In this document: positions 40,480 to 53,400 of the stretch, piece by piece | Numbering within the stretch: the first letter of the stretch is position 1 | Layout: every line of letters begins with the position of its first letter | Assembly: GCA_030704615.1 (NCBI GenBank) | Contig: CM060732.1 | Location: 43,896,001 to 43,960,000 of the forward strand | From: Takakia lepidozioides | Taxonomy: Eukaryota > Plantae > Bryophyta | Length of the DNA: 64,000 bases | Direction: 5' to 3' | Notes under the pieces: generated by a model | What the model saw: only the letters and a program-made list of their open reading frames with translations | Database searches by the model: none | Told to the model about the DNA's origin: nothing | Position numbers and translations under genes: made by a program

Positions 40480-42484
40480 CTCATTCCTTTCAAGCAACTC
40501 TTCTTTCATCCTCACTGTGGTGCTTCTCCTCTGTGTGTCTTTCGAGAGGATTTTAACACGAGGAATACACGACTGGCATGCACAGAACGTTGAGTCAATG
40601 CATGATGAGTGTTGGCGGAGACAGCAGCCTGTGTGAACAAGGGATGCATCACTCCGCCCAACTAAAAGGCATATAATAAGTATGTTCTTGATCAAAGGCT
40701 GAAATGCCCATATCTCTTCAACTCTTTATCTCTTCAACCCAACATGAGACATTCTTAGCTCCTTTTACGACATGCTGTTGTCGTCGCCATGTTCTCTCTC
40801 CATATGTCAATGGCTCTAGTTGTTTTTCGGCTTGGCTTGCAAACTGATGATGGGTAGAAGTAGAAAAAAAATGTGTATTTCTTGCATCCCGGACAGGAAG
40901 CCAGCCGTGGAAAGGGTTTGAAGCAATTGTAATAGCATAAACTGTTGAGAAACAAACCACTACACGGAGCTGCACACTAGAACCAGCTTGTGATATTACC
41001 ATACTTAGCCATGCCTACAAAGTTAGAGTCAGTATTAGGCTTTCTATGCCTACACACATATTCCACTTGTAGAGTGTTTTTGTCAACAAAAATGTCAATT
41101 TCAAAACATTGCAAGAAATGAGTGATTGCAAGTTACAGGCACTCCCTGGAGAAGCAAAACTCAGCTCCCAAAGTTCAATAATGTGTTCCATGAACATGTC
41201 CGAAGAGAGAGAAATTAGCTGACAGAACCAACACCATTGGAATCCCTGCAGATTGCTTTAGATAAAGCTAGATTGACTAAGAATATTGACAATTTAGCAC
41301 TGCTTTTCAAAGCAGGTATCTATGTGAGTGCACGAGACATGAGAGACTCCGGCAGAAGTCGACATAGATAAGAACGAATTCCCCTAGCAAGCTAGAGTAT
41401 TGTCCACAAACATGAAGTCAGACATCAACCTACAACTCAACCTTTAGATGAAGCAACTTGACATTTTCTAGATGTATATTTTAAGAAGTTAAAGGCTTGT
41501 GGACTTCTTTTTAAGCTGATATACAACAGTTGAAGTCATTCAATATTTCATCAACTTCAGAAGAATCCAGCTATTTTCCGTAGGGATCATGTAGGAAGTA
41601 AAGACCTCCGGAGGTCACTCATGACAGGAAGGAGACGTTTGCAGAAACAACTTAGCCACTTGATGAGGAAAGTATTGAATGCACCATTGACAAATCCAAG
41701 GGATTCTTATGGAACTTGGACAAATAAAAGGAAGCTTGTTACCAAATTTATGAGGGTTCAACCCTCAAGGCCATGCAAACTTTGCAGGGGTCTGCAAGAT
41801 GTGACCATTCGTGAGGTTTTAAACAAAAACCTGTAGGAACCTCTTCTTCAAACAGCACACAATTATAGTGCAATGCACGCAGGAGGGAGAGAGAGACATA
41901 CACCCACGCACACACAGAGCCATCATGTATATTTCCTAGAAAGACAATGACCCCACTCCCTGCACGTCCAGGCATAGCAAACATGCCCTCAATTTGATTT
42001 GTTGTCTAGCACTCATTTACTTCTAGCCTGCAGACAAAAGGATTTGGATTACTACTTTCACCTCAACTAGATGGCAAAGGACTTGGGTGCCAAGCCAAAA
42101 CTATGGAGGTCACCGAGGATTGGTCTCCCAAGTACCCCTTCAAGCCATAAATCCTTCCAATCCTTGAAGGGACTCCTGAGAATCAAGCACCAGCACTTCA
42201 CAAAGGGATCAAAACATTATTCTTGATAGAAGGCCTAATTCTGCCCCAATCTCATGCAGTGTCGCACAAACAATTCATAAATGAATCCACATGGACCGGG
42301 AGAAAAGTGTCAGACAAACAGTGGTCATTCCCGTTACTTCCCTTCCTGATGGATAACTCATTTGGCTCTCACCAATGGACCCCTGAAACTTCAGGATATC
42401 ACACCAAAGTCCACTTGGGCAGTTGCATCTTATTACCCATAGCACATCTGCAGCAGTATACAACCCACCACGGTTGAAAGTGGC

Positions 42485-44711
42485 CTACACTTTCAATTTT
42501 GCGACCTCTTTACTGGAATCTGAAGCAACCTCTCTTTCCAGCTTTTCTAGCTCTTCTCTGGTGCGTGTTTCTTCCATTTCCAACTTGCGTCGCTCATCTT
42601 CTTCTTCTTCTTTCTCATCCTGGTCTTCAAACTCTTTCTGTGCAGCCATGGCTTTCAAAATAGGATCCCTGAGCACTGAGATCAGACCCCCACCAACCCT
42701 GTACTCAGCTTCATCACCTATTAGATACAGACGCTGGTCAGCTGCACTTGGGATGTCCACTGCCAGCAACTTGAAATCATACTGCAAAGAAACAACAAGA
42801 ATAGTCATAAACTTGAGCATACTTCACGATCCTGCCATTCATATTTCCTCAACCTTCCCCAAGTGTGGCCACCACATGACAAAAATAAACCTCATTTTCA
42901 CACCCAAGTTCAAAGCTGTCATGTCTTTTATCCTTCACTGGCAAAGGAAGGACTGCTGCATACAGAAAGTCATTCATGAGTAGAATGATCACAATGACTT
43001 TCAGGATTAAGCACCTCAAGTATGAGTGTAGTGGCACAGGCCTCTTCAATTTACTGTTTGCTTTTGGCAAACAAATAGTCATAACTTCCCTTATTCAATC
43101 CAAAACCCACTTACTACTTGACCGATCAACAGCCCTACCTGGCCTTTTTTCTTCTTCACTTCAATGCTGACGAGTCCACGCCTCTCAGCTCCCATAATCG
43201 GAAATATGATGAAACATCGCTTGCCACCCAGTCTAGGCCTGAAATTCTTGAAACGCAAGCCCCCCCCAGACATGACGTATGCACGGACATCTGTTCCTGT
43301 CAGTGGAGCCCCCATCATCTCCAACACTGATGCTGAGGTGTTGAGCTTCCGCATAGCAATTCTGTAGACTGCATCTGGATTTATTGTTAACCTGGCCCTC
43401 AATACAACACCCTGGAGCAGACAGGCAAGGTTTTTAGCTGCAACCCACGTGGTAAATCCACCAAAGAACAACCAGGATCCTTAATGAAGAAACAGAATTT
43501 GGTCATTGGAGACACCAAATGTGAATGGGATATGGTTGATACTTCATAATTTCGGGTTTGTCATTAGCTAGTGTGAGAATGGATCAATAATTGGATCCCC
43601 TAGCATTGGTTCTTAAATGTGAAGGTCATTCAGGGGTTTCCAGCCATTGAAGAAACATCATTTTGTACCAACAATTGAAGAAGACATTTAAACAGCAGAC
43701 TCTTGAAACCACAATGTCAATGGAGACAGACGAGACAATCACTTGAAAGAGCTGCATATTTGACTTATAGGTGCCCTCCTGCACAGTTCAGGAAAATGTG
43801 GCTAGTGTGCCTCGTGATTTCCCCACAAAATCCTCAAAACTCACCGCAATGGTCACCATTGCTGCTGCAAGCGCGAGGAAGCCAAACTGTGCCATGCCCT
43901 CTGAAAGCCCCACAAAAGTGTGGGCAATGCCAAACATAATTCTCCACAAAAAGAGACACACGCCTAATCCCACTGCTCCAACCACAACCAAATAATTCCT
44001 CTTCCAAAAGGCGTCCAACTGCAGCCCTACAGCCCCTCTGTAACGGGAAACAGACTTCTTTGCGGAGTCAAGGGGCTTCAGAATTCCCGATAGAAGCTCA
44101 TTGCTGCGGCCCTGAGCAGGTACTCCAGGTTTAACCCCAGCTTTAGGTCCCACATCGGTTTTCAGTTTTGGTAGAACTGCCTCCTTAAACTTCTCAGTTG
44201 AAGCCTTCAATCTTTCGGTCAATGTCGCTAGATTCCGCCGCACTAAACACGGTCCTCTTCCCTGCAAAACGGAACTACCCTGTTGGTTCAAGAGCGTGAT
44301 CCGTGGCATGTGTCTGTATTTCCCATTGAGCTCATATCCTGATGACCATTTTGCAGCACTGTAAGACCTTCTGCTTGCGCTAAAGACTGCATTGCCTACT
44401 GCTCTTGCATCCGAACCAAATGCCAAATCCCTTGTACGAAGAGACAACTGCGGGGAATGCAATGCTATCGCCTTTGATTGGGGAACAAGAAGACTTTGAA
44501 AACCCTCCGACGGCTTGCAATAGGCCGTCGCAAATGAAATAAATCGATCCCGCAAGTTCAACACACTTGCATCTGATATCGCTTGAGAGCCGTGGGCTTG
44601 GAACTGATCGGCAATCACGCCCACCCTACTGGGACAGGATGTAGACAAACCGCCCCTGTTCCAGTGCCCAAGAGCTTCGGTCAGAATGGCAAAGCCCTTC
44701 CTTAATGCCAT
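42485..44711 (-). CDS. Mitochondrial Tim21-like protein (At2g40800/At3g56430-type), 3 exons, 478 aa
   Basis: Exons 44711-43845, 43411-43139 and 42781-42485 (1437 nt, in frame). Conserved GLQLDAFWKRNYL, INPDAVYRIAMRKLNTSA, RAYVMSGGG, KKKKGQYDFKLLAVDIP and GGGLISVLRDP. Two hydrophobic segments and a basic N-terminus resembling a presequence. Confidence 0.88.
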
Positions 44712-45940
44712 CTCTCTCCACAATTTTGGCACATGTCCTAATCTACAAACCCACTATCAAAATTTCCTGCCAAGTAATCTCGCCGGATTCAACAAGCATA
44801 AACATAAACCCCCCCGATCCTTCATCGTGATCATCGGCCAGCTCCACCTCTCCACAGCCAACCCCGTCTGCACGAAGCAAGAGAGACGAGGAGACGAGCA
44901 GCATCCTCCTTTGTACGCCGGTAGCTTCTTCTATCTGCAGGACAATCCCTTGGAAGACATGATTTCTAAGCACTTCTGTTTACTTTAAAGAAAAGAAAGT
45001 ATGTCACTCATAGTACTTACAATCACAGAGGGACTCTGTTCAATTAGGACTTCCCCCTCTTTAGCAAAGAAGGAATTATGGGTTATTAGACACCTTTTCT
45101 CAAGGGGGATTCTGCATTATCCTTAAACTTTCCAACACTTTCTTAGGAAAGTTGAGAATTCCCATGAAGTAATACAATTTTGTAAGGAAAGGTGAAGGGA
45201 AATTCTGCAAAAAGGATACATGGGATAGTCTTTGAAAATTGAGTAGGTTTCTTCCTAGATTACTAGAAATGAGGTAAGAACTTAATGCACACGTGCAACC
45301 TCTGACAGGGCAGTAAGCCGGTTCCCGGCATGTCAAAATATCCCCGCCAGAGTGACATGGAGATGAAGGAGTGTAAACATGGATTCTTAGTATTTAATAG
45401 TGAAACCAAGGTAAGAGGGGGTGGGGAGGATTTGACAAGGGCCCTTGCGGAGGAGCCCTGGCTGTCAAAACCCGGCGAAAGTACCGTCAGATGGCACGGC
45501 ACAGTGCATTGAGTTATTACCTTATTCCTGGTGTCCTCCATTAATTTTATAGAAATAAGGAAAAAATAACCTTGTGAATAAGCGTCATGAAGTCAAACAT
45601 GTTCTTATTTGATAACTATCCATTGCATTGTTTTTTCCAAGTGAGTTGTTTTGGGGTTTTTTTTTTAACAGTCTACAGACCCTTTTTTTGGTGTGTGTAG
45701 CAAACATGCGATGCATTTCACTGTGAATGTAACGCAAAAGTTTACATGATCTCATATTGCGACCTTCTAATCCCGGATTTATAATCTATGTAGTGGACTA
45801 CCTCCAAAAATTGTTTATTGAACGTGATTACATGTTTGACCTTTCGGCTCTTGTTTCAGAGTTCAAGTTTTTGTTTGGGTTGCCTACATTTTCTTGCTGA
45901 AGACAAGAGAAAAAAAACCATGAAATAAAATGGTACTTTG

Positions 45941-48020
45941 TGTCACTAACATAGCCCAGAGGAACTTACCAGGAGTGAATATCAGAAGTTATCAAGTTAC
46001 CATGTTATTGAAAGTTACCATGACTTACCATGACTTACCATGATCTACCATAATTTATCATTACTTACCAAGTTACTGGGAGTTTACCAAATTACCAAGA
46101 GTAACTTCGAAAATCGCTGAGGAAGCTTCCTTTGGGGGAAACTTCTCCATGTGTGTAGACTATCGCGGTCTCAACTCAGTCACAATTAAGAATCGTTATC
46201 CGTTGCCGCTGATTTCTGGGCTTATCGACCAGCTGGGATGAGCAAAGATTTTCACCAAAATTTGATTTGAGATGAGCTTATAACCTTGTACGGATAAAAG
46301 AATGAGACGAATGGAAAACAACTTTTTGAACAAGGTATGGATATTTTGAATACAATATTATGTCTTTCGGTCTTACAAATGCTCTAGCAATTTTTCAACA
46401 TATGATGAATGACGTCTTTCGAGAATTTTTAGATGACTTTGTAGTCATCTATTTGAACGACATTTTGATATTTTTACAGAATGAAAAAGAACATTGCCGC
46501 CATGTACGCCTTGTCCTTGATAAATTAAGAGAAAGAGGACTATTTGTCAATTGGAAAAATGTCTTTTTCATCATCTGAGGTCAAATTTCTGGGCTACATT
46601 ATTTCCGACAAAGGCGTCTTTATGGATCAGAAGAAAATACAAACCGTCATCGAGTAGATTAAACCAACCTCGGTCCGAGATGTACAATGTTTTCTAGGAT
46701 TTGTAATTTTTAATAAAATCTTTATCAATGACTACTCCAAAATTGCTGCACCATTGACACGACTCATAGGGAAGGACAAATTTGTATGGGACGAGAAGGC
46801 TGACCAGACATTTGAAAGGCTGAAGCAGACATTTACAACGGCTCCAATATTGGTATATGCAGACCTATCTAAACCATTCTTCTTGGAAGTAGATGCATCG
46901 GACTTTGCACTTGGCGCTATACTCTCTCAATACGGTACGGATGGCCGACTTCACCCTGTTGGTTTTCGTTCTTGCAAATTTCCGCTGCGAAGATCAATTA
47001 TGAAATCCATGACAAAGAACTTCTAGCAATTATCGATGTTTTTGAGGAGTGGCGTCATCTACTAGAGGGAGCTAAACATCAGATCACTGACTACACCGAT
47101 CACAAAAATCTCGAATATTTTATGAGTGCTCGTGTTTTTACCTAGCAGGTGCATGGATGAAGCTATAGTTCTATTCCGTTTGGTGCGGCGAAGAGGTATA
47201 TTTACTGTTCTGTTTTTTGCGACCTGTGGGATTTTTACACCTGGGACAGAGGATTCATAAATGATTTTGAGTGCTGGCTATCAGGATCTCAGAAGTACTG
47301 CTGGATCTACTATTTTAACACATGAGGAAAAAGGAAAACAGTGGGGGAGAGGAAGGGGGGGGGGGGGAAACAGTAGAAGAAAAACACAGATGGAAAGCTC
47401 GAAGCATGGTTCATTGATCTCAAATCGATTTCAAGGACGAGAACATGACTGAACACAAATAAGAGATCAGACTAGAGGTACAAGACTAGACAAGAAGTCA
47501 AGGTCGGCGTGGCCGAATGTATGGTGGATAAACATGAATCAAGATGATCTTTATAACAATGGACAAGAGTACAAAATACTGGAACTCGACTCGAATACTG
47601 GAATGCTGGAAATTGGACTGGGGTACTAGATACTGGAAATTTGACTAGAATACGGGAAGCTGGACTGGAGTACTAGGACTGGGAACAAGAGTAGCTTGAA
47701 CTTGTGTTGGCGAGACTGAAGAGTGTCCAGTCTCGCCTCCTATATATACTGGCTACTAAGAAGTTCCCTAAGAAGCTTCCCCTATAGAGGTTTCTTGATG
47801 AAGAAGTTTCCAAGGTTAAACAAAGGTTTCTTGATAGAGAAGCTTCTTTAAACAAATGAGGTATCTTGATGGAGAAGTTTCCTAAAAAAAAAGCTTCATG
47901 AACAGTTTTTCATGTTACTCTTGGTAATTTGGAAAACTCTCGGTAACTTGGTAACTAATGATAAATCACGGTAAGTCATGGTAAGTTCCGTTAATGATCA
48001 TTTGATTCATGTTTATCCAC
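45941..48020. mobile_element. Left part of an older, rearranged Ty3/Gypsy (Tcn1/Tf-like) remnant: LTR fragments in both orientations plus RT/RNase H piece
   Basis: 45941-46150 (TGTCAC..., TTACC repeats) is the reverse complement of 60191-60399. An inverted LTR-like copy lies at about 47430-47990. Confidence 0.75.
46149..47137 (+). pseudogene. Decayed Ty3/Gypsy RT-RNase H fragment
   Basis: [36 protein letters not shown] (degenerate YLDD), [27 protein letters not shown] and TDHKNLEYF, with many stops and frameshifts. Confidence 0.9.
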
Positions 48021-48368
48021 TGTCAAGTTAAATAAGCACAGTGTGAAAACAACTAGAATAAAATTAGTTATTTGTATTTAACACTTGGATTTAGGTCAAG
48101 TGTTAAATCAGGTGTCAAGTTTAGTTTGACACCTGGTCCGTCTTATCTTCACGAGAGCGGCAGTCGCGCGGCTCATCTTTCTCGAGTTGAGCCTGCGCGA
48201 CCGAGCTCCTGCATGTGTTTAGATTTGAGTGTGCTTATGTAGGGGTACAGGTTGTTGTGGGGTGGAGTCCCCATAGCTTGGGGTGCCCCTGGCTCGACTA
48301 CTATTTTCTAAGAGTGATGGTTTGGTTTTCATGTTTTGTGTCACAGTGTGTTCGTTGGATTTCTATCA
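48021..48368 (+). repeat. Terminal repeat segment A1 (348 bp)
   Basis: Matches 59495-59842; two substitutions seen by eye. Confidence 0.95.
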
Positions 48369-48381
48369 CTCGAGAAAGATG
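48369..48381 (+). other. Putative self-priming primer-binding site
   Basis: CTCGAGAAAGATG directly after ...TTCTATCA is the exact reverse complement of CATCTTTCTCGAG at 48174-48186. There is no TGG tRNA-type PBS. Confidence 0.8.
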
Positions 48382-48460
48382 CTCTCTTACCTGTGAGTGC
48401 AAGGTAGGAGTTGAGGGTTAGCACTTGCAAGATTACCTGCGTATAAGTAGTGATTAGTTT

Positions 48461-48610
48461 GAGAAGCATATCATTGAATGTGACCACAAGATTCAGCGTG
48501 CCCTGAAACGCCTGGAGGATGACGATGCCAGAGCCGCCATTGTTATTGCAGTCGCTGAAGCTACCAAGTCACTAGAGGCTTTGGGGTACACAAGGAGATA
48601 CTTAAAAATG
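48461..48610 (+). pseudogene. LUC7: Captured LUC7 (U1 snRNP protein) gene fragment
   Basis: Translates EKHIIECDHKIQRALKRLEDDDARAAIVIAVAEATKS, resembling the plant LUC7 segment LIVECDRKIxRALKRLxEEDAKAAIAISV as I recall it. Confidence 0.72.
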
Positions 48611-49230
48611 CAGCAGCAAATGCTAGTTGGCACCTATGCATGATCCTTGAAGCTGGATGATCGTTTCACCAGTAAGCTTATAGAGGAGCTCTTCTGGTCT
48701 TGTGTGTCATGTCTGAAGGCTTCATTGCATACCACTGATCCTCTTTCAAAGGAACAACCGCTTGACTGTCCAGGCTTTGCAGAATCAGAAGCTTGAAGTC
48801 ACAACGAACGATGATGATGATGTGGAACAGTGGGTGGAAGCTTGTCTTCCAAATTTTTGGCAGCAGATGACACTGCAGCGCGGAAAAGAATGCCTTGCTC
48901 GGAAGAAGGCTCTGATCCAACTAGTTGTGTGTATCTGTGACTTGGCAGAGGACTGGGCATAAATGACATTTGGTGGGTCTCAAAAGTGGGTCCACATCTG
49001 AACGTTGTCACTTGGGGCTGCAAGTTATCGTGATTCAGGGGTGACTCTAACTGAATCACCATTGACAAGGACAGTAGTGGCAAGTGCTGTTTAGGGAAGA
49101 CACCACTGTGGACGACTTGATTCATGTGATAGAAGGCTAAATACAGCAGTGGTGGGACTAGCCAACAACCGACAAGGCAATCCAGCATGCAGTACCTGGA
49201 CAGTTTCTTTTTTTTTCAAAATGGATTGCA

Positions 49231-49810
49231 GGGATATCAGCAGATGAGAAGGCAAGACTGCTACACTGTGTTGTTGTAGGTGGTGGTCCTACAGGGGTGG
49301 AACTCAGTGGTGAGCTCAGTGACTCATCAGGAGAGACGTCTACGGCTAGTTCGGCCATGTGAAAGATTTTATCCATGTCACACTTATTGAGGCAAAGGAG
49401 ATTTTTTTTCATCTTTCGATGTTCGACTCCGGGAGTACGCGACCAGGCACCTGATCAAGGGTTTGGAGGGATAAGCTGGAGGGTCTTAAATGCATAACTG
49501 TTTTCAGACTGGGGTAAAGCTGATGCAAGATGTAGTCAAGGATGTTCTGCCAGACAAATTAGTGCTTACGGATGGGACGGAGGTGCCATACGGGCTGCTG
49601 GTTTGATCAATGGGTGTTGGATCTTCTTCCTTTGTCCACTCCTTACCTGTGAAGAAGTGCCCTGGTGGAAGCTTGGCAGTTGATCCAGTTACTAATGGAA
49701 GCCCTACCGCAAACAAAGAGTGTTGCTGAGAGACAAGGAAAGTACCTGGGCAAATCTTTGAACAAGCTGGCACAAGCAGGTGGTGGTCAGGTTGGGGTCC
49801 TTTTGTAGAT
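49231..49810 (+). pseudogene. NDA: Captured type II NAD(P)H dehydrogenase (NDA-like) fragment
   Basis: [31 protein letters not shown] / IHVTLIEAKEI / SFDVRLREYATRHLIK / short GT..TTTTCAG interruption / [28 protein letters not shown] / VAERQGKYLG, with frameshifts and stops. Confidence 0.88.
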
Positions 49811-50654
49811 ATTCTGTGGGCCTTTAATGAGCAAGTGATCCAACCATACTCTAAGCTCAGGCGTTGAGCAGCCTTACAGTGAATCTATAGGGTCCCGTGG
49901 GAACAATTTCTGCAGCTACACAGGGTGTGTAGTTGGCCTAAGAACAGCTTAGAAATGCTTCAGTGCAAGCCCTGGAAATTGTGGGCGTCAATGCCCGTTG
50001 CAGGAAAACATGAGAGATGCGAATTAGACCAAGTTGATGGAACTTCAAGCTGGTCTTGGCTTTGGATTCCATGCAAAGACGGCCACATCACAGCAGGCGC
50101 CTGTCCATAAGCCATGAAGGTGCTGCGCAGTGCATCTGCTCTGAAATCGCCCCAATTCCTGGTTTGTAGTCTCTAGGTCTCGAGGAGGCAGGCCCACGCG
50201 CAGAGAAAAGCAAATCGTGATACCCCACCCAACTGAGGTCGAGTGTTGGAATTAACGAGCTCTTGGTGCCTGGAGAATCCTGGAGGGGAACGACCTCGGG
50301 AACTCGTAGATAACCTGGGAACAGTTGTAATGGCAAAAGCGTTTTGGTGTTAAAAAAAAAAAAAAACCTTTTTGATCTAATTTAAATGTTTAAAGAGCCT
50401 GGTTGGTCATATCTTTGTCAAATGAGCTCCGTTTGACTCAGTTTTTGAGGGGATATCTGCAGAAAGGGGTTTCTGTTTTTGGGACTCTGCTAAAAATCTA
50501 TGGAATTTTTAGAGTGTGAGTGTGCCATGAAAGATCCACAATCCTGTCTCTAGAACCTGTGCTGGTCTATATTAGAGACAAATCTGTGGATGTACTCCTT
50601 GTATGGCTGGGGAAATGAGGACGTCGTTGAAGGGCAGGTCTCTTCTCTTAGCCT

Positions 50655-51356
50655 GTGCACCAAAGGGACAAGATTTATGTTTCCCAAGGAACTCAGACTG
50701 ATTTGAGTGGAGAACAGTTGGACGAGTTGATTGCATACTGGGAGTCAGGCATTAGCAGTAGACAACAGACTGCTGTAGTTGGCATTGAGGGCCTCAATAT
50801 CGCCTTGGACAGTCAGAACTCTGTTGGAGCCAGCAGTTCTGCAGCTGTAGGTGAAATACCAAAGTGGGTGAAAGCTAGGCTTGGAACACAGCCAAAGACA
50901 GCCCCGGGGACCAAGGTGTTCAGTCACAAGGCCGTGGTGTACTGGAGCAGAGGAGCAGGAGCTACACAAGTTTGTGCAATAGACAGTGTTGCAGTCGGAC
51001 ACGCTCTGCACAAGGCAACCACGAGCGGGGGTTCATTAGCGAGGACAAGTTTGTTCTGTTTGAAGGCGATGCAGTCATTCGCAATGAAGACACCCGCAAC
51101 CGTCTCAAAGCTTTCGAGTTGAGAGACTATCAGACCCTACCTTTGTTTTCTTTAGTGTTCAGTGAGCGGGAGATAGGGGAGTATTGCTTTGTCTCTACCT
51201 GGCAGAAAGAGGAGGGGGTTGGTTAGAGCGAGCTACTGTAGCTTGGGACAAGGTTAGTGGCAGGTTTCTGGACATAGATATACCTCCTACACCTTACCAT
51301 CATGCAGAGCGAGGCACTTTGAGAAGTCTGGCAGTTGATAGCATAGATCAGGATTA
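50655..51356 (+). other. Extra ORF of unknown function upstream of gag (apparently frameshifted)
   Basis: ORFs 50655-51122 and 50972-51226 overlap and read as globular protein (DLSGEQLDELIAYWES; GNHERGFISEDKFVLFEGDAVIRN..FELRDYQ). Confidence 0.4.
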
Positions 51357-52071
51357 GATCTTGCTTGGGCGCTTCTATTCTTCCCCTCCATCTCTGTACT
51401 ATTTTCATTACCTTGTACTGTAGTTGCCAAAGCTCTTGGTGGAGGCCAGTCAGTCCGGGGTTTTGGGCTGGGATATTCTGCAGGATCAGCATTGCAGCTG
51501 GATTTTGGTGTGGGGGTGTTGATGTTTTGATTTCTTGTGTTTGGATCCCCCCCAACACCTGCATGCTTGACTGTGCGCCATGTTGGTTTTGTGTGGGCGC
51601 TTGCTTTCATAGGGATTAGGCCGGATTTGATCACCGGTCAATCCTAGAGTATGCTGTCGGTGGTGAGGCTGGAGTGATGACCAGCAAGACCACCAGTGTT
51701 TCTTCTATGGTGAGGCTGGGTTGATGACCAGCCAACCATAGGAGTTCTTGCGGTGGATGCAGGTGCAGGTGCCCTGAGCCATTGGATATGACCCTTAAAC
51801 TGCAACAGGTGCCCACCCGTGTCACTATTAGATTAGTACTAGAGCCTTATAGTGTCACGTGGAGGAGGTGCACATTGTGAGTGTCATTACGGAGTTACCC
51901 AAGGGTTTTGAGGGGAGTACGGCTACAGCAGTAACAGTGAGAGTGGGTTCACAAGACGAGGTATTCGGTTCAGACCACCTTCACCGCCACCTCAATTACT
52001 GTAGAGTCAGACACAGACTCGGAGCTTCATCAACAAGTGTGCACTTTCATTCGCCATTGTTGTGGGACGAC

Positions 52072-53400
52072 ATGGAGGAGATGTATGGAGCTACCAAGGG
52101 GCCTCGTAGGTACTCTGGAGCTGTGGGCACAATCGAGTTGGATGACTTTATCCAGGAGTTCGACAGCTGGTGTGATTTGCAGCAGATGCGCAATCCACAG
52201 CTATTCACCCCATTCATGGCGTGGAAGGGACTTCCAGCATTTGGAAGGCCCGCCTATGGACGATTACCACGAGTTCAGGCGAGGACATGAAGCAGAGATT
52301 GAGGAGTGGAGGATGTATTGGTCACCTGACTACGTCTCCATTACTCGAGGCACGACGCGACCAGTAGCTGCATCAGTACCAATAGCTCCCACTGCCAGCA
52401 CTAGTAGTGGAGCAAGTAGTGCTGGTACTTCTGCAGGTGGTACCAGTTCAAAAGGTGCTACTACTCCTCCTGCCACGACTACAACACATGTGCCTAGATT
52501 CAACCCGGTGGTGGAGTTCTTCCAGGATTTGCGGAGGAACTACCAAGGTGTACGGACAGAGAAGCTGCGAAGTTTGCAAGACTTCCAGCGCAAACCCAGT
52601 GAGAGCCTGCGAGAGGCGTACACTCGTATGAGGCGCTTGATAAGTGTGACCCAAGGGGTTACTGAAGCTCAGGCAATCCAGTTTTGGTATGGAATTCTGG
52701 ACAAGGAGCTCAAGAGAAGGGTGCGAGATGCAACCCTGTTACAAGCAGCCCAACCCACATTAGCAGATGTGTTTCTGCTGGCTGAGCGGATTGAGCTCAA
52801 CATGGTGGAGGAGCGAGTTGTTACAATTGGATTTGGCAAGGACATGCCTGTACGGGGCACAGCTGTCAGCCCACAGGCACAAGGGACTGCCCAACAGCGT
52901 GGTCAGGGGGGCAAGGTTGCCCAGCCCAAGTTCCATGGAGCTTACAGGGGACCTCAGTGCAGAGGCCCGTGGCATCTTTTGCAGGCCAACAGCAAACCAG
53001 GGGTGATATGTTGGACATGTGGAGGACCCCATGTCAAGAGAGATTGCCCAGAGAGTGGCAGAAGGCCGGCACAAGCACAGCCTGCACAGTTGCAGTGTGG
53101 GCATTGTGGCAAGTATGGGCATGGAGATGCCCAGTGTTATGACTTGCATCCTGAGTTGCGCCCAGGCCAGTTCCAAGGGAACAATGGTGGCCGGGGGCGA
53201 GGTGGACCAGCCCAGAGAGGACGAGGTGGTCGGGCACGAGGTGCAGGCCAAGGGCAAGCTCAACATGGCCAAGGACGCGGGGTCAGGGCGTTGATCAAGG
53301 CATGGCCAACCGGCTTCAGCAGCTAGAGCAGAGGCTCGCTGCCATGGCTATATCAGCCGGTACCGGCTCCCAGGCGGGATGGTCCACCTCCTGCTCCTGA
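52072..53400 (+). CDS. gag: Gag (capsid-like region, two zinc knuckles, RGG-rich tail), frameshifted
   Basis: LDDFIQEFDSWC; FQRKPSESLREAYTRMRRL (MHR-like); CWTCGGPHVKRDC and CGHCGKYGHGDAQC. Confidence 0.88.

Noticed and set aside
40330-40695. ORFs overlapping the tRNA
   Set aside because: Incidental translations across the tRNA-Trp gene.
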